A stretch of 64,000 nt of DNA from the human T2T-CHM13v2.0 reference genome, Homo sapiens: assembly GCF_009914755.1 (NCBI RefSeq), contig NC_060931.1. The stretch is one strand, 5' to 3'. This document shows, piece after piece, positions 1-12,900 of the stretch. Both the position numbers and the translations under genes were made by a program. Under the pieces are notes generated by a model. That model worked only from the letters and a program-made list of their open reading frames with translations, searched no databases and was not told the origin of the DNA. The stretch's first letter is position 1. Each line of letters begins with the position of its first letter.

Positions 1-329
1 TCCCTTGGGTCTCTAGCCCATTTCTCCTCCTTTAGGATTCCTTTGGGCTTTGCATTCTCTTCCCAGGACCAAAAGAGTCCCCTGTAAACCTACTATCCTT
101 TCTTTTCTGTTTTTTTTTATAACTAGTGAGGGCACAAATGGTTAAAGCAACGCGCTGACAGGAAGCCAGCACCCAATTCAAGGACAGCCTCTTGCAAGGG
201 CCTGGCCCACCCATCATCCCTGACTCTGAACAGTGCTCTCTGTTCAGCAGTGCTGATAGTGAAATTAATTATCTTCCAGCCCAGCCGAGAAGCTGGGGTT
301 GCCACATGGATGTGTCTCCAGTCACTTAC

Positions 330-920
330 CACACAGGGACTTACTCATCACAAGTGCTAAGGGTCTTGAAAGGATGCACATTCCTGAGCAATATTTGTTC
401 CTATGCTCATTTGATTTTGGAAAAACCAGGCTTCCCCCCCCGGAAGAAAGGTAAGTGAGAGAAAGAAGAGCAAGCTTTTGCTAAAATAAATGGGAGGAAG
501 AATCCAATTCAGCTTTTCCTCGTTTCACGGTTTACTCTCTGCTTTCCATTAGGGAGTTGAAGAGGGACTGCCCCTTCACCTGTTTGTCTCTGTGACCTCA
601 GACAAATCCAGTTGACGACGACAAAGCACCTTCTTTGTCCTTATCATCAGTTAATTTAAAGGGTGCATGTTTACTAACAGCTTAATCTATTTGGTGCAAA
701 CACTCTTTCACATTCTTTTCCTCCATCAAAAACAAAACCCCAAAACCTTCCAAAAACTCACATGGAAACTTCCCAAGTCTGAAGTCGGCCTGGATGGCAG
801 CATCATAGCTACAGAAATCTTAGCCGCTCAACCATGTCTCAGTCGGTTCATGAGCCTTCCTTTCCCCGTGAAATGTCAGGACCAGAAGCTCGCATTTTGA
901 GTGGCTAGTCTCAACTTTTA
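330..920 (-). ncRNA. Possible minus-strand lncRNA exon of the LINC01006 locus; upstream boundary is a guess
   Basis: Two minus-strand GTAAGT donors (acttac at 324-329 and 339-344); no other support. Confidence 0.2.
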
Positions 921-3508
921 CAACTCTGCACACTGCAAACACTGAAGTAGCAATGAGAGCTCCCTTTGACCCAAAGAAACTCCTTCCTCTGAGAATCAAC
1001 CGAGAGGAAATCAACTTTTATGTTTCACACACACAAAAGTTGACAATAAACTTAATTAGACTTGGTATCTTAAATAAGCCAACAACTGCTGGTAACTTCA
1101 CAAACAGAATGAACCAAGTTTACTTTCCTTGAGTTATTACCTAGCTGTATCAGGAAACATTTGTTTCTACCAAAGTAATCACTTGCATGGGAGTTTTAAC
1201 ATCAGTTGCAAGAGAAGTATGGCATAATTTTAATACTGTACTTGCTTGTATTTTATTTTAAATACAGAGTAATATTTCAAATTGAATTTAACTATAAAAC
1301 TTCCATAAAATAAAAATGCATGATCTCATAAAATCAAATCAGTCTTTAATTGTAATAATAAAAATTACATTTAAGTAATGGTGTCTCTGAGTTAATAGCT
1401 CCATAAAATCGCCCCTGAAAAGCCAATCTTTGCTACCTGAGTGACTCTTTCTTTAACATTCTGCAATTAAAAGACAAAGTTCTGCCATGACTCACGATGT
1501 GTCTGCCGTGGAACTCCTATTGGGAGTGAATTTCCAACTGAGCTCGCCAGTGAGTAGTGAAGGGAATGTCGGAGCAAAGGCGCATTACCTGGGCCCAGAA
1601 GATTCCACTCTCCACGTTTTAACTACAAACCACAGAAAAAGGGCAACATGAAACCAGGAAACTTTTTAAGAAAATTCTAAAATAGCTGCCATCTAGAGAT
1701 AAAGTAATTTTTTTTTCCAGTGCACACCAGGAATAACATTTCCCCAGTGTTATACACCATTACTACTCATTTGTGGATTGGGGGATTTATAAGGATGATG
1801 TCCATTTTTTTAATGCATCTTGAAGTAAGGCAAGAGGAGATTCCACCTTACAAATGCATTTTATTTCTAAGAAAGGCTTCGTCTGTTCCTTTACATCTTC
1901 CAGGTAACAGACATCAAGAAACACAGCACCGCGGACTTAGCACCCAGGCACACGTTCGCATGTTCCTATTTATTTCACATGTGCTGACCTCCTATCCTGA
2001 TGAGGCCTCAGGTCCCCTGAAGACAGGGACTGTGTATTTTATCTTCCCCATGCATTTGCTCTAGGACTGGATCTTCAACACGTACAAGCGGGTGCGGGGA
2101 GCGAGGCCCTGAAAATCTTCACCAGCATCGACGCAACAGGCCAAAGCCAAGCTGGTCTTCAGCATCAGCCTCCAAAGGCCCCCCCTCGTCTCCCCAGCCT
2201 TCGCCTCCTCCCACGTTCCCTCCACCAATGCACCGGGGCTTCCTCAGCCTGGAAGTCGCCTGCGGACTTATGACTCACACAGAATTAGGAATCCAGTCCC
2301 ATCAGGCAATTCCCAGCTCTCCAAGCCCGTGTGATGCCTGTGGATGGGGCAGCTGCTGAGCTCCCTAGGGCTGCGGCCACACACTCTCGTCTGCCAGAAA
2401 CCTGCTTTAATCTCAGGGTTGTCCACCTACACACAAGCCTGATTCTAGTAAGTCCCTGACAAGGAACCTCTGTTAACTTCCTTCACCTGCAGAATAAAGT
2501 GGACCCGCCAAAGCCTCCCCAAGGTCTATTGCTTCCTGTTCCTCTCCTCTCACTCTCCCTCTTCCTAGCCTTCCCCTTGGCCTCATGTAGAAGATTTTTT
2601 CCTACTTTGAAATAAGTGACTTAGGCCAGAGAGTGCCACGGCTTCTGAGTTACTCTCTACCCTCACCCCGGCCACCAGCGCTGGAGCCACAGCCCTGCAT
2701 CTGAGCTCTGTGGCCGAATGCACAGCCACCTGGCCAAGACTGCCGGCCACACACCCCAGCCTCCATCACCCGCACCCACACTGGCAGAGGCTGCCCACGA
2801 GCAGGCCCCTGGGGCTTCCAAGACTAGGACTGTGAGGGATCATTTTACTCATAAACAGGACAGGATAATACTTGTATTTTCAAAAGTGTTTTACGCACTG
2901 CGTGAAGAAAGGCTGGGCAAGCGTGGGTGGTGGGCAGGCTGCCATTTCCATGAGACCAGAGCTCGAGGCTTCGTCGTTTAGCCTCTGTCCTTCCACACAG
3001 TGCAGGCAGCAGGCAGTGAGGACAGGTCCCTGGATGAGCAGGCAGGTGCACTGGGACTGCAGGGGACCCGGTGGGACATGATGCTGGTCACCTAGCCCAT
3101 GGGCGGTGGAGAGAAAGGGGCAGATTCAGGACACATTCAAGAGAGAAAACCCGCAGGGTTCGAGTCATACATACGGTGGATTCAGTAAAGGGTATCAAGG
3201 ATGAGGCCCAGGTGGCCCCCCTCCCCTGGCCACCACTTGAGCAGCTGGGTGGATGGGATGTGGATGCTAAACCAGGGGCCGCTGCAGAAGCCCCACGTCT
3301 AGGCCAGAGGGCTGTGGGCTCCACGCCAAGAGAACAGGAGACAAGTTGTGCAAAGGGAGGTGCCTCACCCACAGCCATGCGGCCTGGAGCCCAGCAGAGA
3401 GGTCCCCCTGGAGATATCATGCAGAGCAGATGACACTGGAGGCCAGGGGACGTGATGGGATCTCACCAGGAGGGCCTGAGAAGGGAAAGGCAGGTGGAAT
3501 GGACAGCG

Positions 3509-3562
3509 CCTGCAAGGTGAGGCGCCCCTACAAGGTGAGGCACCCCTGCAAGGTGAGGCCCA
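3509..3562. repeat. 18-bp tandem repeat x3 (CCTGCAAGGTGAGGCRCC)
   Basis: Units start at 3509, 3527 and 3545. Confidence 0.9.
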
Positions 3563-4409
3563 AGCAGGAGAGTGGGGACCCCACGGCCAAGACTGCCAGA
3601 AGCAGAGGGAAGCCTGCTTTCCCTAAGCTCATGAACTCGTTTAAAAAGGAACGAGAAAATCTTTCTTATTCAGTTGTATTATCACTAGAATAATGAGTAC
3701 TTTATCCTCTTTTTCTTGGAACTATTCCGTATTTTTGCTGCAATATTAGTTAAAATGGGTTTCTTACTTAACCTAAAAATTCAAATGTGGTTTATAGCTT
3801 GTCACAAGTAAACTACAGCATTTTTAAAAAATGATTTACAAAGGTACTTTGGGGAAGATATTCATGACTGAACAGAGACTTCATAAAACAAAACGAGTTG
3901 AAATCATTCAAGGAAAAGACAGAACTTCTCATCAGAAAGCATTTATAGCTAAGTCTAAGCCTAAAATTAAATAGTTAAAATTTCCAGCACTTCTGCTGTT
4001 GTATGAGGTTGATGACCGCCCTGCTACATTTGGCCAGTTGGGCCATTAGAAATGGAAAGGTACAAAAGTGCAGAACAAGCGTCTCGTGCACACTCGCCAG
4101 TGCTGGGTGCTGCTCAGGCCTGTGCTCTATCAAATGCAATTGGACTGCAAATATGTATGTATATATTTTTATAATGAATTTAATAAGTAGCCAACATCTC
4201 ATAATATAGAATTTAACTGTCATTGTTTTCAGCTGGTTTTAACTGGGAGCCCTTAACTAAAGAATAAAAATTATTCTTATCTCTATAACTAGATAATTAT
4301 AATCTACATAATTAATTATATCTCATTCATCTGCATGGAAGAAGACTTTCTCTTGCAGAAATCAATTTGCCTCTCCTCACACAGCACCCTCATCTCTCGG
4401 CTCCGGCAG

Positions 4410-4985
4410 CCAAGTCGCACCTGGGCTCAGCACCTGGGCACCTGCATACCACTCCTTGCCCACACCTGGACACCCCACTGCTAGCACCTGGACACGGCCC
4501 CCACCCCCCCCCACACCTGCACACCACCCCACGCCCCGCCTGGGCACCACCCTACCTCCCACACCTGCGCACCACTCCATTGCTGGCACCTGGGCACCGC
4601 CCTGCCCCCCCCACCAGGGGACCACCCGGCCTCCCACACCTGGGCACCACTCCACTGCTGGCACCTGGGCACTGTCCTGTCCCCTTCACCAGGGGACCAC
4701 CTGACCCCACACCTGGGCATCACCCCACCCCCCATCACCTGGCCACCACCCCACCCCCCTTCATCTGGGCACTGCCCTGGCACCCCTCAGCAAGGGACCA
4801 CCCGGCACCCCACACCTGGGCACCATCCAAGCCCCCCTCACCTGGGCACCGCCCTGGCCCCCTACATCTGTGCACCTCCCCCCACTAACCTTGGCACCGT
4901 CCAGCCCCCCCCCTCAGCAGGGGACCGCCCAGCCCCCAACACCTGGGCACTGCCCCACTCCCCTCACCTGGCACCTCATCACCCA
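4410..4985. repeat. Degenerate C-rich minisatellite built on CACCTGGGCACC
   Basis: About 17 CACCTG hexamers separated by C-runs. Confidence 0.85.
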
Positions 4986-5039
4986 GCCCACGGTACCCCG
5001 CAGCTTGGCTCCAGGCCCACCTTCCAGGGCTCCCCTCGA

Positions 5040-6060
5040 AGCCTCCTGTCCGCTCAGCCCCAGGTGCGGCATCCGCAGGTCCCGTGGGTTCCACCTTCCC
5101 AGCGCCTCTGAGGCCTCGCGGCCGCTTCTCCCCGCGCCCACCCGCGCCCGAGCGAAGTCCCGCAGCGAAATCTCCGGGAGGCCGCGCCTCTCCTGTCCCA
5201 GCCCCGGGGTCTCCCGTCTCACCCCACGAAAAGGCAATCTGGGCCGTGACCTCCGAGGCCCCCAGATCCGCCCCCGAACGAGGCGGGCAGGGAGAGGACG
5301 CGTGGCCCCCACCCACTCAGCTCCCAGCGCGGAGTCCCGGGACCACCTTGCGGAGAAAAGTCCGCCCCGCACCTGCCACGGAGGAGAAGCTGGGGGTGGG
5401 GGACCCAGGAACTGCGGCTCGGCCCAGGCGGGGGACCTGGAAAAACCTCGCGCGGGGCGACTGGGGACGGCGGCGAGGAGGGAGGCTCCGCGGACGCGCG
5501 TGGGGCGGCCCGGGACAGCGGGAGCCAGGCAGAGGAGGCGGCGGCCCGGGGCATCCGAGCTCAAGCGCCGCTCCGCCGACGTGCATCCGGCCGGGCGCCT
5601 CCCCCTTTACTTGGCTTGCTCCCCCACGACCACCCTCGGCCCACCCTCCAACAACAGGGGCACCCCGCGCTCCCCCTGCGAGGCCACGCGAGCCCCGACC
5701 CCCCGCGCACCGGGCTGCAGACGGGAGACGGGCTCCAGCCTCAAGAGGCCCCAGACTTGCTGGAAAGGCAGATGTGTTTAAAAATGAAAAGAAAACCGGA
5801 ACGGAAAGGTCTGTTCACTGGCAAAAGAAGTATTTACAAATCATTGTGGAAATATAGAGACCGAGGGGTAGAAAGCGGATGCCTCCTAAACCTGCGTGCG
5901 ATCTTCTGAGGATAGGAGGACACCAGGCCCAGCCCCTGCAGCCCGGTGGGCTCCGCGGCGCCCCCACCCGCTTCCCCTCCAGGCCGTTCCTCCCACTGCG
6001 GCCGCAGCGTCCAGCCAGGCTCCTTCCTGGCCCTGAACACACGGTGACGTTCCTGCCCCC
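5040..6060. promoter_or_regulatory. CpG island with no adjacent coding gene (orphan CGI 1)
   Basis: About 1 kb of dense CpG, GC boxes, NotI site near 5998. Confidence 0.8.
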
Positions 6061-6146
6061 ACGTCCACCCGAGGAGACTCTTTCTCAAGCCCCTGCCTGG
6101 GACCCATCCGCCCCTCTGACTTCCTGTCAAATGGACAGATGCTTAG

Positions 6147-6495
<349 letters not shown>

Positions 6496-8494
6496 TAAAC
6501 AATATGCCCCTTGAAGGTGTTGTGGAATCATTATTAGATCAGAAGATGAGTCGACTTCGTGCTGATCATAATCTACAACCTTGTCCAATTTACTTACTTT
6601 CTTCTCAATTTACTCTTCTACAAAGGAAGGGCGATGAGCCAAGTCATCTTAATTGTTCCCAAGGGGATTTTTATTCTGTTACATATTTTCCTCCTATCTG
6701 TATTACAGGAGGGCGAGCACTCACTACGTCCTTGCTTATTGGGGTTTTTTCCTCTTTAATATCTTACAACTAAGGCACACTGGAAGGTAGGAAAAGCCCT
6801 GGTCCATGCCAGGGGAGCTCTCCCAGGCTCCCAGCCCCCCAACAACATCTACAGAATTCTAGAGATAAGAGGCACCTAAGCGAGTCTTTATCTACCCTCC
6901 CCAGTGAGCAAACAGGAAAGCTGTCAAGAATTTCAGAACGCCCAGTTCTGCACAGCCCATTGTTTGAAACTGAACTCTGGACCAAAGTGCTTACAGTGAA
7001 GCCCAACATTTATGACATGATCTTAGCAGGGTCAGATGGCTCTGAGAATGGTTTTAGCTGGTGATTCTTTTCCTACTAAAGAAAATAGTATATCTGGAAA
7101 ATTCTGTTTTTGGTTAATTCCTAAATAAACAGAACACTAGGAAGTAATTACTCTTGGCATAAATCTAGTGTTTAGAATTTTAGGATTTCTTCCCACAAAA
7201 TGTCAAAGTTGGACTTAACACATGTCACATCATTGTCATTCCTTAAAATCAGAAACAATTTCAAATTGCTTCAGACTGACTTATCGGTGACAATAAACCA
7301 GAATTGAACATTTAAAATAAGTTTTATTTCATGGACTTCCTACAAGCTTAGCGTATGGAACAAGTGCTAAACACAAAACTATCTGTGAGTTCTGAATAAA
7401 TATTTACCAATTCCACCACTACCACTTATTACCTCTCTGAACAAGTCTCTTAGACTCTCTAACTCTGGGCTGTTTGGCTTTTTTTTTCTTAACACAGAAC
7501 GTGCTTCCCATTTTAAAAGGTAGAATGAGGATTAAATAAGACGATTTATGCAAAATTACCTAAAATAATGCCTGGTGAGTAGTAAATGCTCAGTAAATAT
7601 GTGTGCCTTTCTAGTATCCTTTCCAATATTAGGTTTGCCTTGTAAAACCGACCATTTTAATAGGAGCAATAGGGTTAAATAAAGTGAACTGTTGTGGAGA
7701 TGAGTCCTAGCACACACCAAGAGAAAGTTCTAGCTCAGCATCCATCCAGTGCATGGGAGGAAAAGTAAACCTGACTCGATTTTTCAGTATTCTTATACTT
7801 AGAACATCAAAAACTAGATTCTAACCTAATCCCGATTTGAGGCATATGGATTACAGAAGACAAATTAAAGACAAAAACACATAAATAGTATTTATTCCCT
7901 TGCCCTAAGACTCCACAGCTACGTCTTGAGATTCCTCCTTAAATCTTCGCTGCATTAGAAGCTGGGGTGCTGAACTTGAACGGGCCCCGTGCTTAGAGAT
8001 TGAGTCAGGAGCTGCATCTGTGCCTCCCGAGCACCTGGTGTGCGCCTTGCTGGGGAGCTACTTAGCCCCACTTCTGTTTCCGAATTCAGGAAGAAAAGTG
8101 GAGGAGCCGGCAGCAAGCAGGAGCCAGAGGGCAGGAGGCCCTGGAGCAAGAACGGGCAGCTGGTCAGAGGCCCAGCACGGCAGCCAGAACTTTCTTCTTT
8201 TGTCGCTGGCTAAGAAGAGAAAGACTACTTTGAAGTTCCCAATAGGTTTCAGGTACTACTTTTGGCTCCAGAGTATGAAGAGATGAATAGGAAAAAAAAT
8301 CCCTTCCCTTAGGAAATTCAAGGTCTAGCAGAGACACAGGCACAAAGCCACCATCACGATTTCCTATCTGACGTGTTAGGACGACTTGCCTGTGTGGACA
8401 GGGAGTTACAGGTGCTGGGATGTCTTGCAAGGGAGCGCATGTGAGCCAAGTCTTGCAAGATGAGAACTACCTGGGGAAAGGGTATTCCTGGAAC

Positions 8495-8830
8495 GTGGCT
8501 CTCCAGCTTTTAGCTGCATCAGAGTCACCTGAGTTCATTAAAGCATGGATTTCTGGCTCTCCTTCCCAGAGTTTCTGATTCAGTGAGTCTGGAGTGGGGC
8601 CCGAGAATCTGAATGTCTAACAAGTTCCCAGTTGCTGCTGCTGCTGTGAGAACGAAGTCTGAGGACTGCCGTGGAGAAAGCGTGGCCAGAGCCCAGTGGA
8701 GACGGAAGATGAAGACACTGCTGAGAAGCACCAGCCAGGGCCTGCTCCCCAAAGCATCGGACTGCACTGGGACGCTTTTCAAGCTCCCAGGTGATTCCAA
8801 TGTACAGCCCAAGGTTAAACATCAGTTCCC
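8495..8830. mobile_element. MER5-type hAT-Charlie MITE fragments
   Basis: gcatcagagtcacctg...tttctgattcagtgagtctggagtggggcccgagaatctg...aacaagttccca. Confidence 0.7.
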
Positions 8831-9329
8831 GGCAACTTCTCTATTCAATCATGAGTGATAGATGAGGCATTTGCTGTTTCTCCGAGCTTTGTGTCATTCC
8901 CAGACGTACTGGACATTCTTTAATGCTCTGCCTCAGTCATGGATTAACTGTTGACCAAGACAGAGTCAGAAAGCCCCCTGGAGATGCTGTTCCTCCCGGG
9001 TCAGCTGAGCTATCTAATGGCCTGGAGTGGGGCCTGTGCACTGTGGTCTGCTCACTGATTTCTTGGGGTGAGTCTTAGCCCTGCCTTACACTAAATTATA
9101 AGCTCCACAGAGCAGGGACCTCAGTTTCCTGCCTGCTGCTGTCCCCCACTGCCCAGCACAGGGCCTGGGACAGAGTAAGTGCCCAGTGTTAACTTTTGCT
9201 GAGCGAATGCCCTAGGAGTCACTAAAGCCTGTTGTGTGGGAATGCCTGTGGAATCTGGCCTTTTACACACAGCCTGTCACTGAACTTTGTGTGTGTGATT
9301 TAAAGAAGGAAATAGAGACCATCTTTAGT

Positions 9330-10150
9330 GTTGCAACGCCTAGCGTTTCAGCCAGGCTTCTCAAGACAGAACCGACGTGGTTCATAGGAGCTGGAGGAAA
9401 GGGATTCATCAGGAAATTGGCTCACTTGATTATGGAAGCTGGGGAGGCCCACAGCAGGCCGTCTGCATGCTGGAGACCCCAGGAAGCTGGCAGCGCGGCT
9501 TAGACCACATCCGAAGGCCTCAGAACCAGGGAAGCCGGTGCTATAACTCTCAGTGTGAGGCAGAAGGCCCCAGTACCAGAGAGGGTCATGCACAGGGGGC
9601 TGGTGTGAGTCCCTGAGTCCAAATGCCATAAAGCCTGGAGTTCCAGTGTCCAATGGCAGGAGACAAAGGGCATCCTGGCTCTGGGAGAAGGGGCCAGAAT
9701 CCACCCTTCCTCTGCATTTGTGCTCCATCCAGGACCCCCCAGCCAATTGGAGGATGCCATCCACATTGAGGGCAGTTCTTCCCCACTCAGTCCACTGACT
9801 GACACACCAAACTCCTCCGGAAACTCCCTCACAGACACTCCTGGGGCAGCACAATCATTCTAATCAAACACCAGGCCAACTGGATTTCCCTTACAGTAGA
9901 AGAGGGCCATGCCCAATGCCCACTGAAGCATAAGAATAAATGGTGCTTTGCCAGCTATTTGGGCATCCCTTAATACCCTGTCACCTTGACATCCAAAATC
10001 CACCATCCCAAGCTTCCCCCCTTGTCACTTTGGTACCCATACACATCTCCTTAAACCCGATTTAATCTCCAAATAAAGACAATAACAAGGTCATATTTCT
10101 GCCTAGCATGATACAGCCATGCTGTATACAACCAAAATCACATAGAAAAC
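9330..10150 (-). mobile_element. MLT2 (ERVL) LTR with adjoining internal sequence
   Basis: aggaaattggctcac...attatggaagctg...actcagtccactgact matches MLT2 in reverse. Confidence 0.75.
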
Positions 10151-10152
10151 CA

Positions 10153-10480
10153 TGCTGTGGTTTGAACATGCTCCTTCCAAAATCCAGGTGTTGCCAATGG
10201 GATGGTATTAAGAAGTGGGTCTTTAAGAGGCGATTAGGCCATGAGACTAAATGCCCTTGTAAAGGGGCTTGCTGGAGGGAGCCGGCTCTCTCTTGCCTTC
10301 TGCCAGTGGTCCTCCAGCTTTAGCTGCATCAGAATCACTGAGAACACAGCAAGAAGGCCCACACCAGATGCCAGCACCTTGACCTTGGACTTCCAGCCTC
10401 CAGAACTGTGGGCAAATTAATTTCCATTCTTTGTAAAGTACCCAGTCTCAGGTATGCTATTGTAGCAGCACAAACAAAGA
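10153..10480 (+). mobile_element. MaLR LTR (MLT1A/MST type)
   Basis: tgctgtggtttgaa...cttggacttccagcctccagaactgtg...gtagcagcacaaac. Confidence 0.8.
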
Positions 10481-10859
10481 CACCTTTACCTGGTAAAGGT
10501 AAAGAGAACCTTGGATGCAAGCAATAGATAAGCTTTAAAATTCCTGAGGTAAGATCTATACGACAAGAAACACAGCTTATTGCTTACTTGAGAGAGTGTC
10601 TGTTCATTTTAATTTATCAATAGAATCCTCCTATATCTGATTTGGAGATATTCTTTAAAACTTCAGATTTCTTTTTTGCAGGGAGGCAGAGAGAGTTTGC
10701 CCCATTTCTCCTCCTCTCTTACGCTTCACCATGAGCTGGGTGTTTTCCGACCACAAAGCCACAGCAGCTTTCTGTCCTTGAGTTGAAGTGGTGAATATTG
10801 GCTCCACCCAAGATGATTCTAAAGCACAAGCCACATGGGCGCGTGGCTCAGATCCCCGT

Positions 10860-11250
10860 GGCGCCACTCTGCCAGTCACATCCTCTCTCAAGCAGGCCTG
10901 CAGCCCGGTGACGAGCACCCTCCACCCGCTAACTGAGAAATCAAAGGTTCAGGCCTCATTTACAGATGATTGTGCACAATACATGCTACATCTGCCCAGA
11001 AATGGAGAGACGGCTCTGAAGGACAGTGTTGAGGGAAGTATTTGCAGTGGGCAGAACTCCCAGAAAAGCACCTGGCTGTTCATTTTGCCCCAAAGAGAAT
11101 ATGGCCCGAGACAGCAGGAGCCATCAGTATGAATGGATGGCCCAGGACTTGGAAGGAATACAGCTGGAAAACTGATAACAGGGCAGTCTCTGCAGGAACT
11201 ATGTGGATAGACTTCTTCGGTGGACACGGAGTATGGATAAATTTGTGTTA
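10860..11250 (+). mobile_element. ERVL internal (pol/RNase H) remnant
   Basis: tttacagatg...ctgaaggacagtg...cagtgggcagaact; decayed FTD and QWAEL motifs. Confidence 0.55.
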
Positions 11251-11299
11251 CGCGGGAAAGCTTACCAAAGGGCAACTTCATCGGAGAAGGCTTAGAACA

Positions 11300-11540
11300 G
11301 ATCCCAGTCTTTCTGGCACCAGAGACCAGTTTCGTGGAATACAATTTTTCCATGGACCTAGGATGGGGATGGTTTTGGGTTGATTTGAGCACATCACATT
11401 TGTGCACTTTATTTCCATTATTATTACATTGTAATATATAATGGAATAATCATACCACTCACTGTAAGGTAGAATCCGTGGGAACCCTGAGCTTGTTTTC
11501 CTACAACTAGCCAGTCCCACCTGGGCGTGATGGGAGGTGC
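11300..11540 (+). mobile_element. MER1 hAT-Charlie fragment
   Basis: tggcaccagagaccagtttcgtggaa...ccctgagcttgttttcct. Confidence 0.75.
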
Positions 11541-11899
11541 TGGCTGCACATGGGCACCAGGAAACTCGTGATGATGGGTATGTTTTTCATTGTGATTTCC
11601 ATGGTGGTTACAAGACAGTCTGCACTTGCTAAAATTCATAGAATTGTAAAATTTTAAAGGGGTATGTGTTTTTTAGCTCAATATACTTGAATTAAAATAC
11701 ACCAGGTACATAAATATAAATGGACAGGAATATTCTTACTACAAAACACAAAACAGAGAATGCCAATAACTAAAGGAATGCTTGAATAAATTGTTGCATC
11801 TGGACCATGCATTATTCTGCAGCTATTAATGATCATTTTAATATACAAGTTTAAAATTCCTACTAATAATTAACTCTGCAAATGCAGATTTAACAGCAT

Positions 11900-12900
11900 A
11901 GCTGAATTTCTTTTGAGAATCATTCTCTAGAAGAGTACAGACTTAGGTATGCAACAATGTTCCTCATTCCAAACCTCTTTATTTTGCCGTTTTATTGATC
12001 TGGGCCATTGTCTGTTAAAAATCAGAAAGGAAATGGAAGTACACAGCTATCCTGGGACACGATTAATTTATCTCACAGAATAATCAACCCAAGCGCAATA
12101 AAAAGAATCTGAGACCAAATGTTCAGATTAAGATTATATGTTGTTGCTTTTCATCCAGTTTTTACGGTGTTTAAACAAGGATTTGGTGGAGCCTTGACTT
12201 CTAAAAGGTCACACTGTGCGACACTGCTCTAAATCTTTGTCTGGTCTCACAACAAGGTGAGTTTCCTTAACGCTGCCACGAATCAGGTAAAAGGCACGCC
12301 AAGGTGAAAGTTAAATAAGAAACGATCTCAAATAGCATTTTTTAAAAGGCAAACATCAACCTTGTAAGTATTAAAAGCACGTTCTAAAATCCACTCTGAT
12401 GACAGTTGAAGAAAGCCGCCTTTATGTGCACGGAGTCCCGGCTCTGCGCGGTCTTTTAAATGCGAGTGTTTACCTAAGGCTGCAGGCCAGGACCAGGCTC
12501 TGGCCTTGAGGAGGTGCCTTTGGGTTGCACACAGTGAACCCGATCTTTAACTCATAAATCGCTCTACACCTTTGTCTCCCCCGAGAAAGGCAGAGGTCTG
12601 CTCTCTCACAAGAACGTACAAGCCTCTTTAAAGTCAGGTGGCTTTTTACTCCGCGTCTCCATGCTTGTTGATTTAGAGTCTCTGAGTGACAATGCACATC
12701 ACTGGCTTTTTTTTTTTTTTAGCTCTGTCATCTGTGCTACTGAGTGTACTTTGCCTCAGATCAAAGTTGAAAGCTTCTAGAAAGATACACAAACCACAAT
12801 GTGACAAATAGCATGCTGTGTTTGACACAGCAAACAATAAATTACTTTCATCAATCCAGATAAAGAATCCCATGTTTTCAATGCTAATTCTGATGTCTGA
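11900..12900. promoter_or_regulatory. Candidate conserved long-range SHH epithelial enhancer (position fits MFCS4)
   Basis: No recognisable repeats; clustered FOX, SOX, T-box and homeodomain motifs; upstream of RNF32. Identity inferred from position, not aligned. Confidence 0.45.

Noticed and set aside
4367-5909. Long overlapping ORFs of 173-303 aa on both strands
   Set aside because: Stop-codon depletion in GC-rich repeat and CpG island; Pro/Arg/Gly-biased, no domain, several frames open at once.
10701-10715. 15-bp match CCCATTTCTCCTCCT to positions 17-31
   Set aside because: Low complexity, and matches of this length are expected by chance in 64 kb.
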